Assembly: GCA_963668675.2 (NCBI GenBank)
Contig: CAXXMB010000001.1
Span: 1,312,001 to 1,376,000 of the forward strand
Source: an uncultured Desulfatitalea sp.
Lineage (GTDB): Bacteria > Desulfobacterota > Desulfobacteria > Desulfobacterales > Desulfosarcinaceae
Reading direction: 5' to 3'
Length of the DNA stretch: 64,000 bases
Below are positions 10,766-21,033 of the stretch, one piece after another. Both the position numbers and the translations under genes were made by a program. Each line of letters opens with the position of its first letter. Within the stretch, counting starts at the first letter, position 1. The notes below the pieces were generated by a model that did not search any database, had not been told where the DNA came from, and saw only the letters and a program-made list of their open reading frames with translations.

Positions 10766-11533
10766 TTAAGAAGAGCGGATCTGCCTTAAAAAACCAAGGC
10801 TCTTCGGTGAACGGCCGATATGGAAGGGAACAAACGCCTCCATGAACAGGGTCGCCTCCTCCATGGAGTGGGCTGCGAACCTGACCCGCATGGCCTTTTC
10901 CAGATCGCCCTTGGCCATCCACAACAGCTGTTTGAGTGTGCCTTTTCCCAATTTGAGCTGTCTTGCATCCGGACCGGGACATTGATTGCAAACAATCCCT
11001 CCCTGACGCAAATCGATGCAGAACAGATTCTGGGGTAAATCCTCGACCTCCTTGTGGCAGCAGGTACATCGCTCCAACACCGGCCGCAACCCCTCCTGGC
11101 CAATAAATCGCATCTGAAACAACAGACTCAGAAGGGCTGCAGGGGCCGCATCGTGCGATAGCGCTTCGAGCACAAAGGCCAACAGATCATAGATATCACG
11201 CCGCGGCTCTCCCGCCTCCAGCCACATCATCACCAGCTCCGACCAGTAGCTGGCATAGGCGGTCTTTACAACATCGGACCGCACGATACCAAAATTTCTC
11301 TCCAGGGTTGCCTCTTCAAGAATTGGCAGACCTCTGCCGCGCGGTTGGCGATATACGATATCGAGACCGTCGAAGTGCTCTAGAATACCAGGAAAACGTT
11401 TGGTGCTCTTCTTGGCGGATTTGGCAATCAGGGTGCTGACACCGAATTCCTGGGTTAAAACGGTGAGAATCAGGTCAAAATCACCATAGGCGCGCCGACG
11501 CAAAACGATTGCGGATGTAGAGAGATAGGTCAT
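10766..11533 (-). CDS. recO: DNA repair protein RecO
   Basis: AIVLRRRAYGDFDLILTVLT...AKSAKKS.KRF and a C-terminal Cys zinc motif; recO-glyQ synteny. Confidence 0.93.
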   Translation of the reverse strand: MTYLSTSAIVLRRRAYGDFDLILTVLTQEFGVSTLIAKSAKKSTKRFPGILEHFDGLDIVYRQPRGRGLPILEEATLERNFGIVRSDVVKTAYASYWSELVMMWLEAGEPRRDIYDLLAFVLEALSHDAAPAALLSLLFQMRFIGQEGLRPVLERCTCCHKEVEDLPQNLFCIDLRQGGIVCNQCPGPDARQLKLGKGTLKQLLWMAKGDLEKAMRVRFAAHSMEEATLFMEAFVPFHIGRSPKSLGFLRQIRSS

Positions 11534-11619
11534 TGAGGTGCCACCGAACCTGAATGCAACATCAACGGCAAACCGTCCGCGATTGCCGTGCACTGCTGAT
11601 ATTTTTCATTATCAATCGA

Positions 11620-12561
11620 TTAAGGCAATCGCATTTTGGCCACCTGGCCGCTTTTCCCAGGCACGTCAATCGCCTGGCCGTTGAGCTTCAACTGAACTCC
11701 CCCGGCATTGCCAATGAACAGCTCAAACTGCTCTTTGGCCTTTACCGTCATTTTGTCCTGGGGATCGATGGTCACCTCTTTGACCTGGTCTTCGTCAATC
11801 TTAATCCTGATCCAGGTACGCTCAACGGCGGCAATCTCCAACACCAACTCCTCTTCGACATCGGCGACAGGCGCTGTAATGGTCTCCTCGGGTGAGGTCG
11901 TCATCGTCCGGGAATCTGGCACGTGATTTTGGTTGAGGGGCTCTGGGGCTTTGCTCCTCACAGGCTCATTCTGTGCTGTTTCAGGGGGTTCTTTTTCCAG
12001 GATCGAAATTTCATCAACCTCAGCAGGGCCGGCATCTTGATCGATCAGATCTTCATGCTCTTCGACGGCCATCTCATTTGGCACCGGCTCGTCGGCCTTA
12101 CCATTCGCCAGATCGGTTTCAGCAGCAGCGATCACCTGTTGAGGCGTCGGCTCTTCCGGCGCCTTTCGATACTGGGCCAAGAAAAAAAGCGCCACACCAA
12201 GCAACACGCAACTCAGGCCGATCAATGCTATCGGATGCCACTTACGGCGCCCCACCATCTCCAGCGGCGGTATCAGATCCTGCTCCTTCTTCGCTAAAGG
12301 GGCCAATTTCTCTTCGTAACGCCTGACAGCCTCCTGCACATCGACCCCGACGACTTCAGCATACGCCCGTATAAACCCCTTTACGAACGGAGGCGCCGGC
12401 AGCTTCTCCAGATCCTCATCTTCCAGTTGTCTCAAACTGGCTACAGTGATTTTCGTCCGCTGGGAAACATCCTCCAAGGATATCCCTTTGGAGCGCCGGT
12501 GCGTCCTGAGGTAACGTCCGAATTCAGGTGATTTGTCTTCATTTTCCATATATCGCCCCAT
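11620..12561 (-). CDS. RodZ-like HTH / DUF4115 membrane protein
   Basis: N-terminal HTH (GISLEDVSQRTKI...FVKGFIRAYA), single TM segment, C-terminal IGNAGGVQLKLNG. Confidence 0.85.
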   Translation of the reverse strand: MGRYMENEDKSPEFGRYLRTHRRSKGISLEDVSQRTKITVASLRQLEDEDLEKLPAPPFVKGFIRAYAEVVGVDVQEAVRRYEEKLAPLAKKEQDLIPPLEMVGRRKWHPIALIGLSCVLLGVALFFLAQYRKAPEEPTPQQVIAAAETDLANGKADEPVPNEMAVEEHEDLIDQDAGPAEVDEISILEKEPPETAQNEPVRSKAPEPLNQNHVPDSRTMTTSPEETITAPVADVEEELVLEIAAVERTWIRIKIDEDQVKEVTIDPQDKMTVKAKEQFELFIGNAGGVQLKLNGQAIDVPGKSGQVAKMRLP

Positions 12562-12598
12562 ATATCACCCTATTGATCACCCCATAGATTGCCATAGA

Positions 12599-13612
12599 TC
12601 AATCCAATATTTGAATATGAGCCCGCTCACGGAGTTCATCCAGCCATTCTTTAAATTTCTTCTCCCTTGCTTCGGAAAGCAGTTTATCCTCTATCTCACG
12701 GGAAGCCTCTTCCAGACTTCTGCCCGTACTGGAGATCTCTTCTACGAGAAATATCTGATACCCCTGTTCGGTATCGACAATCGGTGTGAGCTCTCCAGGT
12801 TTGATATCCGTTAACGCTTCCCGAATGGAGGCAGCCAGCAAACGGCTTTCGAAAAAACCCAGATCCCCACCGTCGGCGGCCGTGGCCGCCTGGGAGTGGG
12901 CCTTGGCCACTTCAGCGAACGAGGCCCCCTCTTTCAACTGCTTTTCCAGCTGTTTCATCTCTTTCAAGACCCGTTCCCGTTCACTCTCCAAGGCGGATTC
13001 GACACGCAGAAGAATATGTCTCAAGTGGTATTTGGTCTGCCCGGCATACTGGGAATGGTTGGCGTCATAGTAAGCTTTGATATCTTGATCCGTAACAACG
13101 ATTTTGGATTTTACTTCGATGTTGACCAACCGGGACTGCAACATCTGGGTCTTGATTTGACGGCGATAGGTCTCGTAATTCACCCCCTCCATATCCAGTG
13201 CGCGCTTGAGGTCATCATCGCTGAGGTTGTTGACCGACTTGATCCGCTCGATACTCTGATCAACCGCCGCATCTGAGACCGATATGCCGTATCGCTTGGT
13301 CTGCTGATCGGTCAGTTTTTGATCGATCAGGACATTCAACGCCTTCTGCCTCTCATTCTCCAGAACGATTTTCTGCTGGACCTCAGAGTAGTTTGATTGC
13401 CCAAGCTGTTTGCGCAAGGGGGCCATGGCCTCGTCGAGTTCCGAAAGCAGGATGATGTCGTCATTGACGACCGCAACAATTCGATCCACCAACTCTGCAT
13501 GGGCCCACGACATTAAGGCCAGCGAGATTGAAACGAAAACAAACACCCCATAGGCGGAACCAGAACAGCAACGCTGTCTCCTGCCCAAAAATGTATCAGT
13601 AGCTCTTTTCAA
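12599..13612 (-). CDS. surA: SurA-family periplasmic peptidyl-prolyl isomerase
   Basis: VDRIVAVVNDDIILLSEL; parvulin motifs HLRHILL, FAEVAKAHS, GGDLG. Confidence 0.85.
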   Translation of the reverse strand: MKRATDTFLGRRQRCCSGSAYGVFVFVSISLALMSWAHAELVDRIVAVVNDDIILLSELDEAMAPLRKQLGQSNYSEVQQKIVLENERQKALNVLIDQKLTDQQTKRYGISVSDAAVDQSIERIKSVNNLSDDDLKRALDMEGVNYETYRRQIKTQMLQSRLVNIEVKSKIVVTDQDIKAYYDANHSQYAGQTKYHLRHILLRVESALESERERVLKEMKQLEKQLKEGASFAEVAKAHSQAATAADGGDLGFFESRLLAASIREALTDIKPGELTPIVDTEQGYQIFLVEEISSTGRSLEEASREIEDKLLSEAREKKFKEWLDELRERAHIQILD

Positions 13613-13666
13613 AAGTGATTTTCTCCTTCTAATGCCCCTCTTCCAGCGTGCGCAATTGACGGGGAA

Positions 13667-14485
13667 TCAGGCCGGATCTCCAGTCAATCGGCCCCAAATC
13701 TTCTTATTGATATCCAATGGATAGTTCTGCCGCAACAGGTCGATCCACTCCTTGTAGGCCATCTCGGCTTTCTGTTGACGCAGGTGACGCACGATTCTTC
13801 GGTTGATCTCGTCAGCGTCTTCATCGGGCGAGATCCCTTCAGGATAGTGCTTTTTGTAATACGTCGCCACATCATCCGTCGTGATCTGGACCTTGTCGAC
13901 AAGCTCCCTCTCGATCACCTTTTTTACTAGCAGCCGTGTAGCCATCTTTTTCTTCCAGTATTGAAATGAGACGGCATTTTCCAGCAATGTCTCCTCGAAG
14001 GTATCGTCAGGATAATCAGCCTTGATCTCCGCCACCGCCTTGTCGAGCTCCTCGTCCGCTACCGAAATTCCTTGATCCGCGGCAAAGGCCTTAATCATCA
14101 TCTCCTCGCCCAATTGATTCAGCACCCTCAGGCGAAGATCGTTCATCACCTCCTCACTGAGATTGCGCTCACCAGGAAAAGCCTCTTCGCTCGCAGCCTC
14201 CACGGCCTGATTGAATTCGGACAGGGAGAGAGTGATGCTGTTGATACGAATCAGGTAGCTGTCCTGGTTTTGGTCACGGGAACATCCCAGACAACCGAAA
14301 CACCATACGATGATTGTGCCCGTCAACAGGATAACCAGGAGATGTCGGAGGCGATACAGATGATCCTTCAATGATCCATTTTCCTTTGTGGCTCCCTTCG
14401 TGGCTTCCTTCAAAGCTTCCTCCCCCGGCTGAGATGTCCATGGCGTTTTCGGCAGAGGTTCCATCAGACGTCCGGGGCGGCTCAA
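13667..14485 (-). CDS. SurA N-terminal-domain lipoprotein (true start probably downstream of 14485)
   Basis: Hydrophobic leader with LGC; GISVADEELDKAVAEIKADY SurA_N-like helices. Confidence 0.75.
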   Translation of the reverse strand: MSRPGRLMEPLPKTPWTSQPGEEALKEATKGATKENGSLKDHLYRLRHLLVILLTGTIIVWCFGCLGCSRDQNQDSYLIRINSITLSLSEFNQAVEAASEEAFPGERNLSEEVMNDLRLRVLNQLGEEMMIKAFAADQGISVADEELDKAVAEIKADYPDDTFEETLLENAVSFQYWKKKMATRLLVKKVIERELVDKVQITTDDVATYYKKHYPEGISPDEDADEINRRIVRHLRQQKAEMAYKEWIDLLRQNYPLDINKKIWGRLTGDPA

Positions 14486-14506
14486 GCCATCTATTTTGTT
14501 ACAGAT

Positions 14507-17500
14507 TTATTGATTAACATGCCGCGATATTTCGATCAAGATGTTTTTGGTTTGGGCCATCTGGGCCTTGATCGAGCTCCCGGTCAGGAAAGCGCTGAAA
14601 ACATGATCGGGTGAAATGCGGTACTTCTTACCGGCCGAAGCGACCATATCTACGATACCGAACGGACGCCTTTGGTATTGCTCTGAAAAATGCAGTTGCA
14701 GTTGGTTGCCGGCCAAATCCAAACGGTTACATCCGGCACGCACGGCCAACACCTTAAGCATAATCTTAAGCAGGAGATTTGCGGCCTCATCAGGCAGCTT
14801 GCCGAACCGATCTTCCATCTCGGTTTTCAACGCGCTGATCTCTTTCAGCTCCTCCATGCGCGCCAGACGTCGGTACAGCGAAAGGCGCTGATCGATGTCC
14901 TCGACATACTGCTCCGGCAAAAACGCGGATATCTGCAGGTTGATCTCCGGTTCAAGTGTCTCCACCATTGGCTCACCTTTGATCTCCGCAACCGAGCTCT
15001 CCATGAGTCTGAGAAACATGTCATAGCCGACGGCCGCGATGTGACCCGATTGTGATGCGCCCAGGATGGTACCACCGCCGCGTATCTTCAAATCACTCAT
15101 GGCAATTTGAAAACCGGATCCCAGATCGCTGTATTCCATGAGCACTTTGAGCCTTTTCTGGGCGCTCTTGGTCAAAATGGTTTCATTGGGGATCATCAGA
15201 TAGGCATAGGCTTGCTCGTCACCTCGCCCGACCCGGCCGCGCAACTGGTAGATCTGGGATAGTCCGAAGTGATCGGCACGGTTGATCACAATGGTATTTG
15301 CCGATGTCACATCCAGGCCCGACTCCACGATGGTGGTACAGACCAGCATGTCAACGCGCTGCTGCATAAAGGCCAGCATCGCTTTTTCCAACTGGTCCTC
15401 GGGCATTTGACCGTGTGCCACAATGAGCCGCACTTCGGGTACCAGTTTCTGGAGATGACCGGCAATGCGGTCAAGACTCTTTATTTTGTTGTGGACAAAA
15501 AAGATCTGCCCTTTGCGGGCCAGTTCTTTGCGGATCGCTTCGGCGATCACGATATCATCCCATTCGGAGATGTATGTTGCGATGGGGCGACGCTGTTCCG
15601 GCGGCGTGGAGATCAGGCTGATATCCCTGATGCCCAATAGGGAGAGGTGCAGTGTCCTTGGGATGGGCGTAGCGGTAAGGGTGAGCACATCTACGGTCTC
15701 CCTGAGCCGCTTGATTTTCTCCTTGTGTTTGACGCCGAATCGCTGCTCCTCGTCCAGCACCAGCAATCCCAAATCTTTGAATTTGATATCTTTTTGAAGT
15801 ATTCTGTGAGTGCCTACCACGATATCGATCTGCCCGCTCTTCAGCTCCTCCACGATGCTGTTCTGCTCTTTGGCACTGCGAAAACGATTAAGCGATGCGA
15901 TTCGAACCGGATACCGTCTGAATCGCTCGCAAAAAGTGGCATAATGCTGCTCTGCCAGCACAGTGGTTGGGACCAGCACTGCCACCTGCTTTGCCTCGCT
16001 TACCGCCAGGAAAGCAGCTCTGAGCGCAACCTCTGTTTTGCCATAGCCCACATCGCCGCACACCAGCCGGTCCATGGGTACCGGTTGGCGCATGTCGTTG
16101 AGCACCTCTTCAATGGCTTTGCGCTGGTCACCGGTCTCTTCGTAGGGAAACCCCTCCTCGAAATCCCTGAAATAGGTATCGACGGCTCCGAAGGAGTGCC
16201 CCCTTTGAACCTTACGAGCCGCATAGAGTTGAAGCAGCTCACCGGCAATCTTCTCCGTGGACCGCTTCACCTTGCGCCTGATCTTTTCCCACGTTGCGCC
16301 TCCCATCTTGTCGAGCACTGGAGCGACCCCATCCACCCCCATATATTTTTGCACCAGGTTCATCCGCTCGACCGGGAGATACAACTTATCGCCGTCCTTG
16401 TAGACGATCAACAGGTAGTCATTGAACGAGCGATCAACCCCCAATTTGACAAGCCCTTCGTAGCGCCCTATGCCGTGCTCGTCGTGAACCACCGCATCTC
16501 CGCTCTTCAAATCTTCGATATTCAACAGGGCGGCAGCTTTCTTTGCGCCGGTTGTTGTTCGACGCGAAGGGTGACTCACCCCGAAGATCTCCTCGTCTCC
16601 GATCAAAGCGAGCCCGGCTTCCGGCCATGAAAATCCCTCCCTGAAATCCCCCGTCATCAGGCCGACCTGCTTCATCTTTGAAGAGATCGTCGAAACGTTT
16701 TCCGCTTCGGTGGATGCAATTCGATAGACCGAGAGTATTTGAGACAAACGGCGGACATGAGACGGACGACGACACATGATCAAGGTCTGCAGCCCTGCCC
16801 GGTGTTGTGCCGCCAACCAATCGGCCAGCGGCTGAAACGGCTTCTCCTCCTTTCGTGATGCCTGCAATGCCAGATTGAGGTCCTCGGTCCCCGAAATATT
16901 GGTGCGACAAACCGTCCGTACCGCCCCCTCTTCGTTTCGCCCCGAGATGTCAAGTGGCTTGAAATTGATCGGGAGATACGTTTCCAACCGCCCCTGCACC
17001 TGCCCCCACTGCAAACAAAGCGTCTCCGGCCTTACCACCAGTCGTTTATTGGCACTGGCGCTATGGTAACTCTGTTCGGTCTGAGTTTTGTATTCTGCTG
17101 CGGCCTGCCCCAGTGAAGCGGGTTCAATCAATAGCGGCATCGTGTCGGGCGGCAGAAAATCAAACAGGGTATCGAGCCGATCGAAGATCAGCGGCAACAT
17201 GCTCTCCATACCGGGAAATACGCCCTCCTCCTTGATTCGCCGGACAAGCTCCCTCACCTCTGTGACGGGCAGTCCCAATTCGGAGGCCTGACGCCGAATG
17301 CGTCCCAACACATCGTTGAGTTCAGAAGGGTTCAAAATGGCTTCCCGCGCAGGCAAGAGCACGACTTCATCAAGATCTTGTACCGTCCGCTGGGTGACAG
17401 CCGAGAAGCGTCGAATGGTCTCCACCATATCTCCGAAGAATTCAATCCTTAACGGATCCGAATAGAGCGGCGAGTAGATGTCGATGATGCCACCGCGAAC

Positions 17501-18028
17501 AGAAAAATCCCCCAGCTCCTCGACCATGGCAACCCGGCTGTACCCGCCAGCCACCAACTTGGCTATCAGCCCATCACGGTCGACCTCCTCACCACGTATG
17601 ACCAACTCCGCATAGCGCATCAATTCGGCTTTGGGCAGCAGGCGCTGCATCAATCCGTTGATGGACGTCACGACCAGGGGTGCGACCGGACTCTCGACCA
17701 TCTCATAAAGGGATTGAATGCGCTTCGCAGCCGTCTCGCTGTGGTACGCCATGAACTTGAAGGGCAGAATGTTGTATGGCGGGAAATAGAAAACCGATTC
17801 CGAGAAGCCTTTTAAGAACAGGCGCAGTTGATCGGCAAACTGCTCGGCCGACTTCACCGATGGAAGCAGGACCAGTAGCGGTCTCCTATGGGTACGATAG
17901 ATCTGTGCAACCGCATAGGCCGTAGCCGGTCGATTGAGGCCGATAACATCCGCGCCCCCTCTCAGGTCGCGAAGCCTCGTCAACAACTGTTGCCAGGAAA
18001 TTTCCTCTTGATTTTGTCCCATAAACAC
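14507..18028 (-). CDS. mfd: Transcription-repair coupling factor Mfd
   Basis: VHDEHGIGRY, DRLVCGDVGYGKTEVA, DEEQRFGV, TATPIPRT, QLRGRVGR, TRCF C-terminal domain. Confidence 0.98.
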   Translation of the reverse strand: MFMGQNQEEISWQQLLTRLRDLRGGADVIGLNRPATAYAVAQIYRTHRRPLLVLLPSVKSAEQFADQLRLFLKGFSESVFYFPPYNILPFKFMAYHSETAAKRIQSLYEMVESPVAPLVVTSINGLMQRLLPKAELMRYAELVIRGEEVDRDGLIAKLVAGGYSRVAMVEELGDFSVRGGIIDIYSPLYSDPLRIEFFGDMVETIRRFSAVTQRTVQDLDEVVLLPAREAILNPSELNDVLGRIRRQASELGLPVTEVRELVRRIKEEGVFPGMESMLPLIFDRLDTLFDFLPPDTMPLLIEPASLGQAAAEYKTQTEQSYHSASANKRLVVRPETLCLQWGQVQGRLETYLPINFKPLDISGRNEEGAVRTVCRTNISGTEDLNLALQASRKEEKPFQPLADWLAAQHRAGLQTLIMCRRPSHVRRLSQILSVYRIASTEAENVSTISSKMKQVGLMTGDFREGFSWPEAGLALIGDEEIFGVSHPSRRTTTGAKKAAALLNIEDLKSGDAVVHDEHGIGRYEGLVKLGVDRSFNDYLLIVYKDGDKLYLPVERMNLVQKYMGVDGVAPVLDKMGGATWEKIRRKVKRSTEKIAGELLQLYAARKVQRGHSFGAVDTYFRDFEEGFPYEETGDQRKAIEEVLNDMRQPVPMDRLVCGDVGYGKTEVALRAAFLAVSEAKQVAVLVPTTVLAEQHYATFCERFRRYPVRIASLNRFRSAKEQNSIVEELKSGQIDIVVGTHRILQKDIKFKDLGLLVLDEEQRFGVKHKEKIKRLRETVDVLTLTATPIPRTLHLSLLGIRDISLISTPPEQRRPIATYISEWDDIVIAEAIRKELARKGQIFFVHNKIKSLDRIAGHLQKLVPEVRLIVAHGQMPEDQLEKAMLAFMQQRVDMLVCTTIVESGLDVTSANTIVINRADHFGLSQIYQLRGRVGRGDEQAYAYLMIPNETILTKSAQKRLKVLMEYSDLGSGFQIAMSDLKIRGGGTILGASQSGHIAAVGYDMFLRLMESSVAEIKGEPMVETLEPEINLQISAFLPEQYVEDIDQRLSLYRRLARMEELKEISALKTEMEDRFGKLPDEAANLLLKIMLKVLAVRAGCNRLDLAGNQLQLHFSEQYQRRPFGIVDMVASAGKKYRISPDHVFSAFLTGSSIKAQMAQTKNILIEISRHVNQ

Positions 18029-18049
18029 AGTAGGTGAACTTTTTTTATG

Positions 18050-18125
18050 GCCGGCGTAGCTCAGCTGGTAGAGCAGCTGATTCGTAATCAGCAGGTCCGC
18101 GGTTCAAGTCCGCGCGCCGGCTCCA
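18050..18125 (+). tRNA. tRNA-Thr (anticodon CGT); prophage integration target
   Basis: 76-nt cloverleaf GCCGGCG...CGCCGGC-T-CCA; anticodon arm GCTGA-TTCGTAA-TCAGC; T loop GGTTCAAGTCC. Confidence 0.97.
18077..18125 (+). repeat. attL: 49-bp direct repeat (3' part of tRNA-Thr)
   Basis: CTGATTCGTAATCAGCAGGTCCGCGGTTCAAGTCCGCGCGCCGGCTCCA, identical to 60394-60442. Confidence 0.96.
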
Positions 18126-18134
18126 AAAATGTTG

Positions 18135-18170
18135 AGGGGAATCGGATAGTTACGCCGATGCCCCTTTTTT
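18135..18170 (+). terminator. Intrinsic terminator after tRNA-Thr, supplied by the phage arm
   Basis: AGGGGAATCGG-loop-CCGATGCCCC followed by TTTTTT. Confidence 0.8.
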
Positions 18171-18508
18171 GTTTTCTTCTCAAAAACCCTGCAAATTTCG
18201 GCAAATTCAGGCCTGCTTGCAGACAAAATGCATACAAAAAATACCCCAATTCTGACTACCTTCCGGGCACGCTGGTTGAACGTTTTGAGATGCATCGCTA
18301 CCAGAGTGCAAACCAAACCTTTCCTATTAGCACGGAATGTTCTTATCCAAAATATAAAATAGACAGTATTCCTTTTTCCAATTTCTACCTGAAGGCGAGC
18401 GCGGTCACCGGGGTGATGTCGCGGCCATATTTTTTTGCGCTCTCGATTCCCCCCGCCCCACATAAAAAGCAAGCCGCGAAGGATCGTTTGGCATCGCAGA
18501 ACAAACGC

Positions 18509-18551
18509 GGGTCCTTCCTGGAAGGTCTCAAAGTACGGTTTCCATCAGCGC
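18509..18551 (+). other. Candidate lambda-like cos site (cosQ GGGTCCT plus cosN-like region)
   Basis: GGGTCCT (18509-18515), then 18 nt, then TACG, resembling lambda GGGTCCT-N19-TACG|cohesive end; the phage has a GpA-type terminase. Confidence 0.45.
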
Positions 18552-18651
18552 ACCCGTCGCGTCCAGTGAAAATCACAAAAATGGATGGAAAATGGAATTT
18601 TTGCATTTTGCATATATCTGTTAACCTATTGTTATTAAATGTTATATAAAT

Positions 18652-21033
18652 ATGGGCAAAGCACTTAAGTTATCATACCAGCAACGCGAGGAGATCGCCC
18701 GGAAACTCTTCCAGGTCAAGTCTGTACGCGGATCCGAGCTGCACGGCCTGTGCCCATACCACGACGACTCCAACCCGTCGTTTTCGTACAACGTCGAAAA
18801 GGATGTCTTCAACTGCCTGGCCTGCGGTGTCGGTGGCGATCTGATCAAGCTGTGGTCCAAGGTCGCCGGCAGCGGCAACCTCACTGACGACTTCAAGGCG
18901 TTTTGCCGCCAGTACGGTATCGAGCTCGAAGGCCGCGGTACCAATCACAAAAACGGCGCCGTCGCCAAAAAGAATAAGCCACGATCATCCAGCGACAAGC
19001 CCGTCACCCAGGCTGACCTGAACCGGGCCTGGTCCGGCATGAGTCCCCTGCCCTCCACCTGGCGGGCAAAGCTGAAGGCCTCCAGGGGGTGGTCGGAAGA
19101 GATCATCGACCGTCTTGATCTTCGCGTTCAATCCTGGCGCTGGGACAAGCGGGCCGGCGAGCTAAAAGAAATCGCAGAACCCGAGCGCATCGCCATACCG
19201 GTGTTCGACGCGGACGGCAAACTGGTCAACATCCGCTGCTACAAGCCGGGCGCTACCGGGACGAAGATCTTCAGCTTCGGCCCGGGGTGCGGCAAAGCAA
19301 GGCTTTATCCGGCCAAGCTGTCCGGTGACGGGATCGTGCTGGTCACCGAGGGAGAGGCCGACTGCATCTGCGCCATCTCAAACGGGTTCGATGCGATCAC
19401 CCAGACCAGCAAGACCAAGTACTGGCCGTCCGATCAGGCCAAGGTGCTCGCCGGCCGTGATGTCGTGATCGCCTACGATGCCGACCAACCTGGCCAGAAG
19501 CACGCCAAGTTTGCGGCAGACTGCCTGGTCAAGGTGGCCAAGCGGGTACGTGTCATCGTCTGGCCCGACTGGATGGGACGGTTGAGTGACGGCACCTGGC
19601 CCAAAGACCACGGCCAGGACCTGACCGACTTTTTCGTCAAGCACCAAAAGAGCGTCGAAGAGTTCAACCAGTTGATCGAGGAAGCGATCGAGCACCGGGG
19701 CCCGGACAAGAAGACGGATGCTGAGCCGATGCGCTTTTTCGACTACGGCCCCAGTGGCCGACTGTCGTTTAAGCCGCGGCTGCTGGCCGACAAGGTGTGT
19801 GCAGATCTGGATATTTTGTCCGATCCGGACTCGGGGGTGTTGTACCGTTGGAACGGTAAATACTTCGAGCAGTACGACGATGAATACGTAGAAAAGTACT
19901 GTATCGACCGGCTGGGCGAAGAGGCCCAGCAATCCAGGGTCAAAGATGCGGTATTCCAGGCCAGGGCCCTGTCGGTGCTGCCCCACGACCGAAAGTTAAA
20001 CGACCGCCCCGATTGGACGTGCCTCGAGAACGGTATGTTCAACCTTCGCACCATGGAGGTTTGCAAGCACGACAAAGAGTTTTATGCGACCTTCTCGCTG
20101 CCCTTTGCCTTCAATCCGGACCGAGCCGGCCGCTGCGATCGCTGGCTGCAGTTCCTGGATGAGACCATCCAAACGACAGGGCCGATCATGCAGGCCCAGG
20201 AGTTTGCCGGGTACTGTCTTACTCCGGAGGTGCGCTACGAAAAGGCACTGCTTCTACTGGGGCCGGGAGCTGACGGCAAAAGCAAGTTCATCAGCATCCT
20301 CGAGGCCCTGGTGGGTGCCGACAACTGCTCGGCGGTATCGTTCCAGGACCTGGAGGACCAGTTCCACAGGTCATCGCTTTATGGCAAGCTATTGAACATC
20401 TCCACCGAGGTCGGATCCAAGGCCATGGAGAGTGCCTATTTCAAGGCCATCGTGTCGGGCGATCCGATCAGCGCAGCCTTTAAGCATCAGGATGCGTTTC
20501 ATTTCAGACCCAACTGCAAGCTGGTATTTGCCGGCAACCGTTTGCCCCGGATCCTGGACAACTCGGACGGGCCGTTCAGGCGCCTGCTTCCCATCGCGTT
20601 TAAACGGCAATTCCTGGAAGAGGATCCGGACTGCGACACCTCCTTGCTCGAAAAGCTCCTGGCAGAGCTGCCCGACATCTTCCAGTGGGCCCTGGTCGGC
20701 CTGCACCGGCTGTGGGCCCAGGGGCGCTTTACCGAGTGCGAAGAGACGCGCAATCTGCTCATCGAGCACCGCCGGGCCAACAATCCTGTGCTGTGCTTCG
20801 TCGAGGACGAGTGCACCATCGGTGAGTATGAGGACGTGAGCAAAAAAGAGATTTACAAGCGCTACAAATCCTACGCCGGCTCGAGCGGCTATTCGATCAT
20901 GGGCATGGAGAACTTTTTCAGGGAGCTTTACGCGGCCGTGAACAACTTAAAACAGTTACGGCTGCGCAAAGAGGGTGAGCGATCGTACTATCTGACCGGC
21001 ATCGGTTTGAAGCCGGCCGAAGCAAGCCCTTAG
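18652..21033 (+). CDS. P4/D5-family phage primase-helicase (CHC2 zinc finger, TOPRIM, SF3 helicase)
   Basis: CPYHDD.NPSF...FNCLACG, VTEGEAD, IAYDAD, GPGADGKS Walker A, RRLLPI.F. Confidence 0.93.
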   Translation: MGKALKLSYQQREEIARKLFQVKSVRGSELHGLCPYHDDSNPSFSYNVEKDVFNCLACGVGGDLIKLWSKVAGSGNLTDDFKAFCRQYGIELEGRGTNHKNGAVAKKNKPRSSSDKPVTQADLNRAWSGMSPLPSTWRAKLKASRGWSEEIIDRLDLRVQSWRWDKRAGELKEIAEPERIAIPVFDADGKLVNIRCYKPGATGTKIFSFGPGCGKARLYPAKLSGDGIVLVTEGEADCICAISNGFDAITQTSKTKYWPSDQAKVLAGRDVVIAYDADQPGQKHAKFAADCLVKVAKRVRVIVWPDWMGRLSDGTWPKDHGQDLTDFFVKHQKSVEEFNQLIEEAIEHRGPDKKTDAEPMRFFDYGPSGRLSFKPRLLADKVCADLDILSDPDSGVLYRWNGKYFEQYDDEYVEKYCIDRLGEEAQQSRVKDAVFQARALSVLPHDRKLNDRPDWTCLENGMFNLRTMEVCKHDKEFYATFSLPFAFNPDRAGRCDRWLQFLDETIQTTGPIMQAQEFAGYCLTPEVRYEKALLLLGPGADGKSKFISILEALVGADNCSAVSFQDLEDQFHRSSLYGKLLNISTEVGSKAMESAYFKAIVSGDPISAAFKHQDAFHFRPNCKLVFAGNRLPRILDNSDGPFRRLLPIAFKRQFLEEDPDCDTSLLEKLLAELPDIFQWALVGLHRLWAQGRFTECEETRNLLIEHRRANNPVLCFVEDECTIGEYEDVSKKEIYKRYKSYAGSSGYSIMGMENFFRELYAAVNNLKQLRLRKEGERSYYLTGIGLKPAEASP

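Noticed and set aside
18047..18649. 200-aa ORF over the tRNA (and ORF 60328-60531)
   Set aside because: These are translations across the tRNA, att and terminator sequences with no protein-like features.
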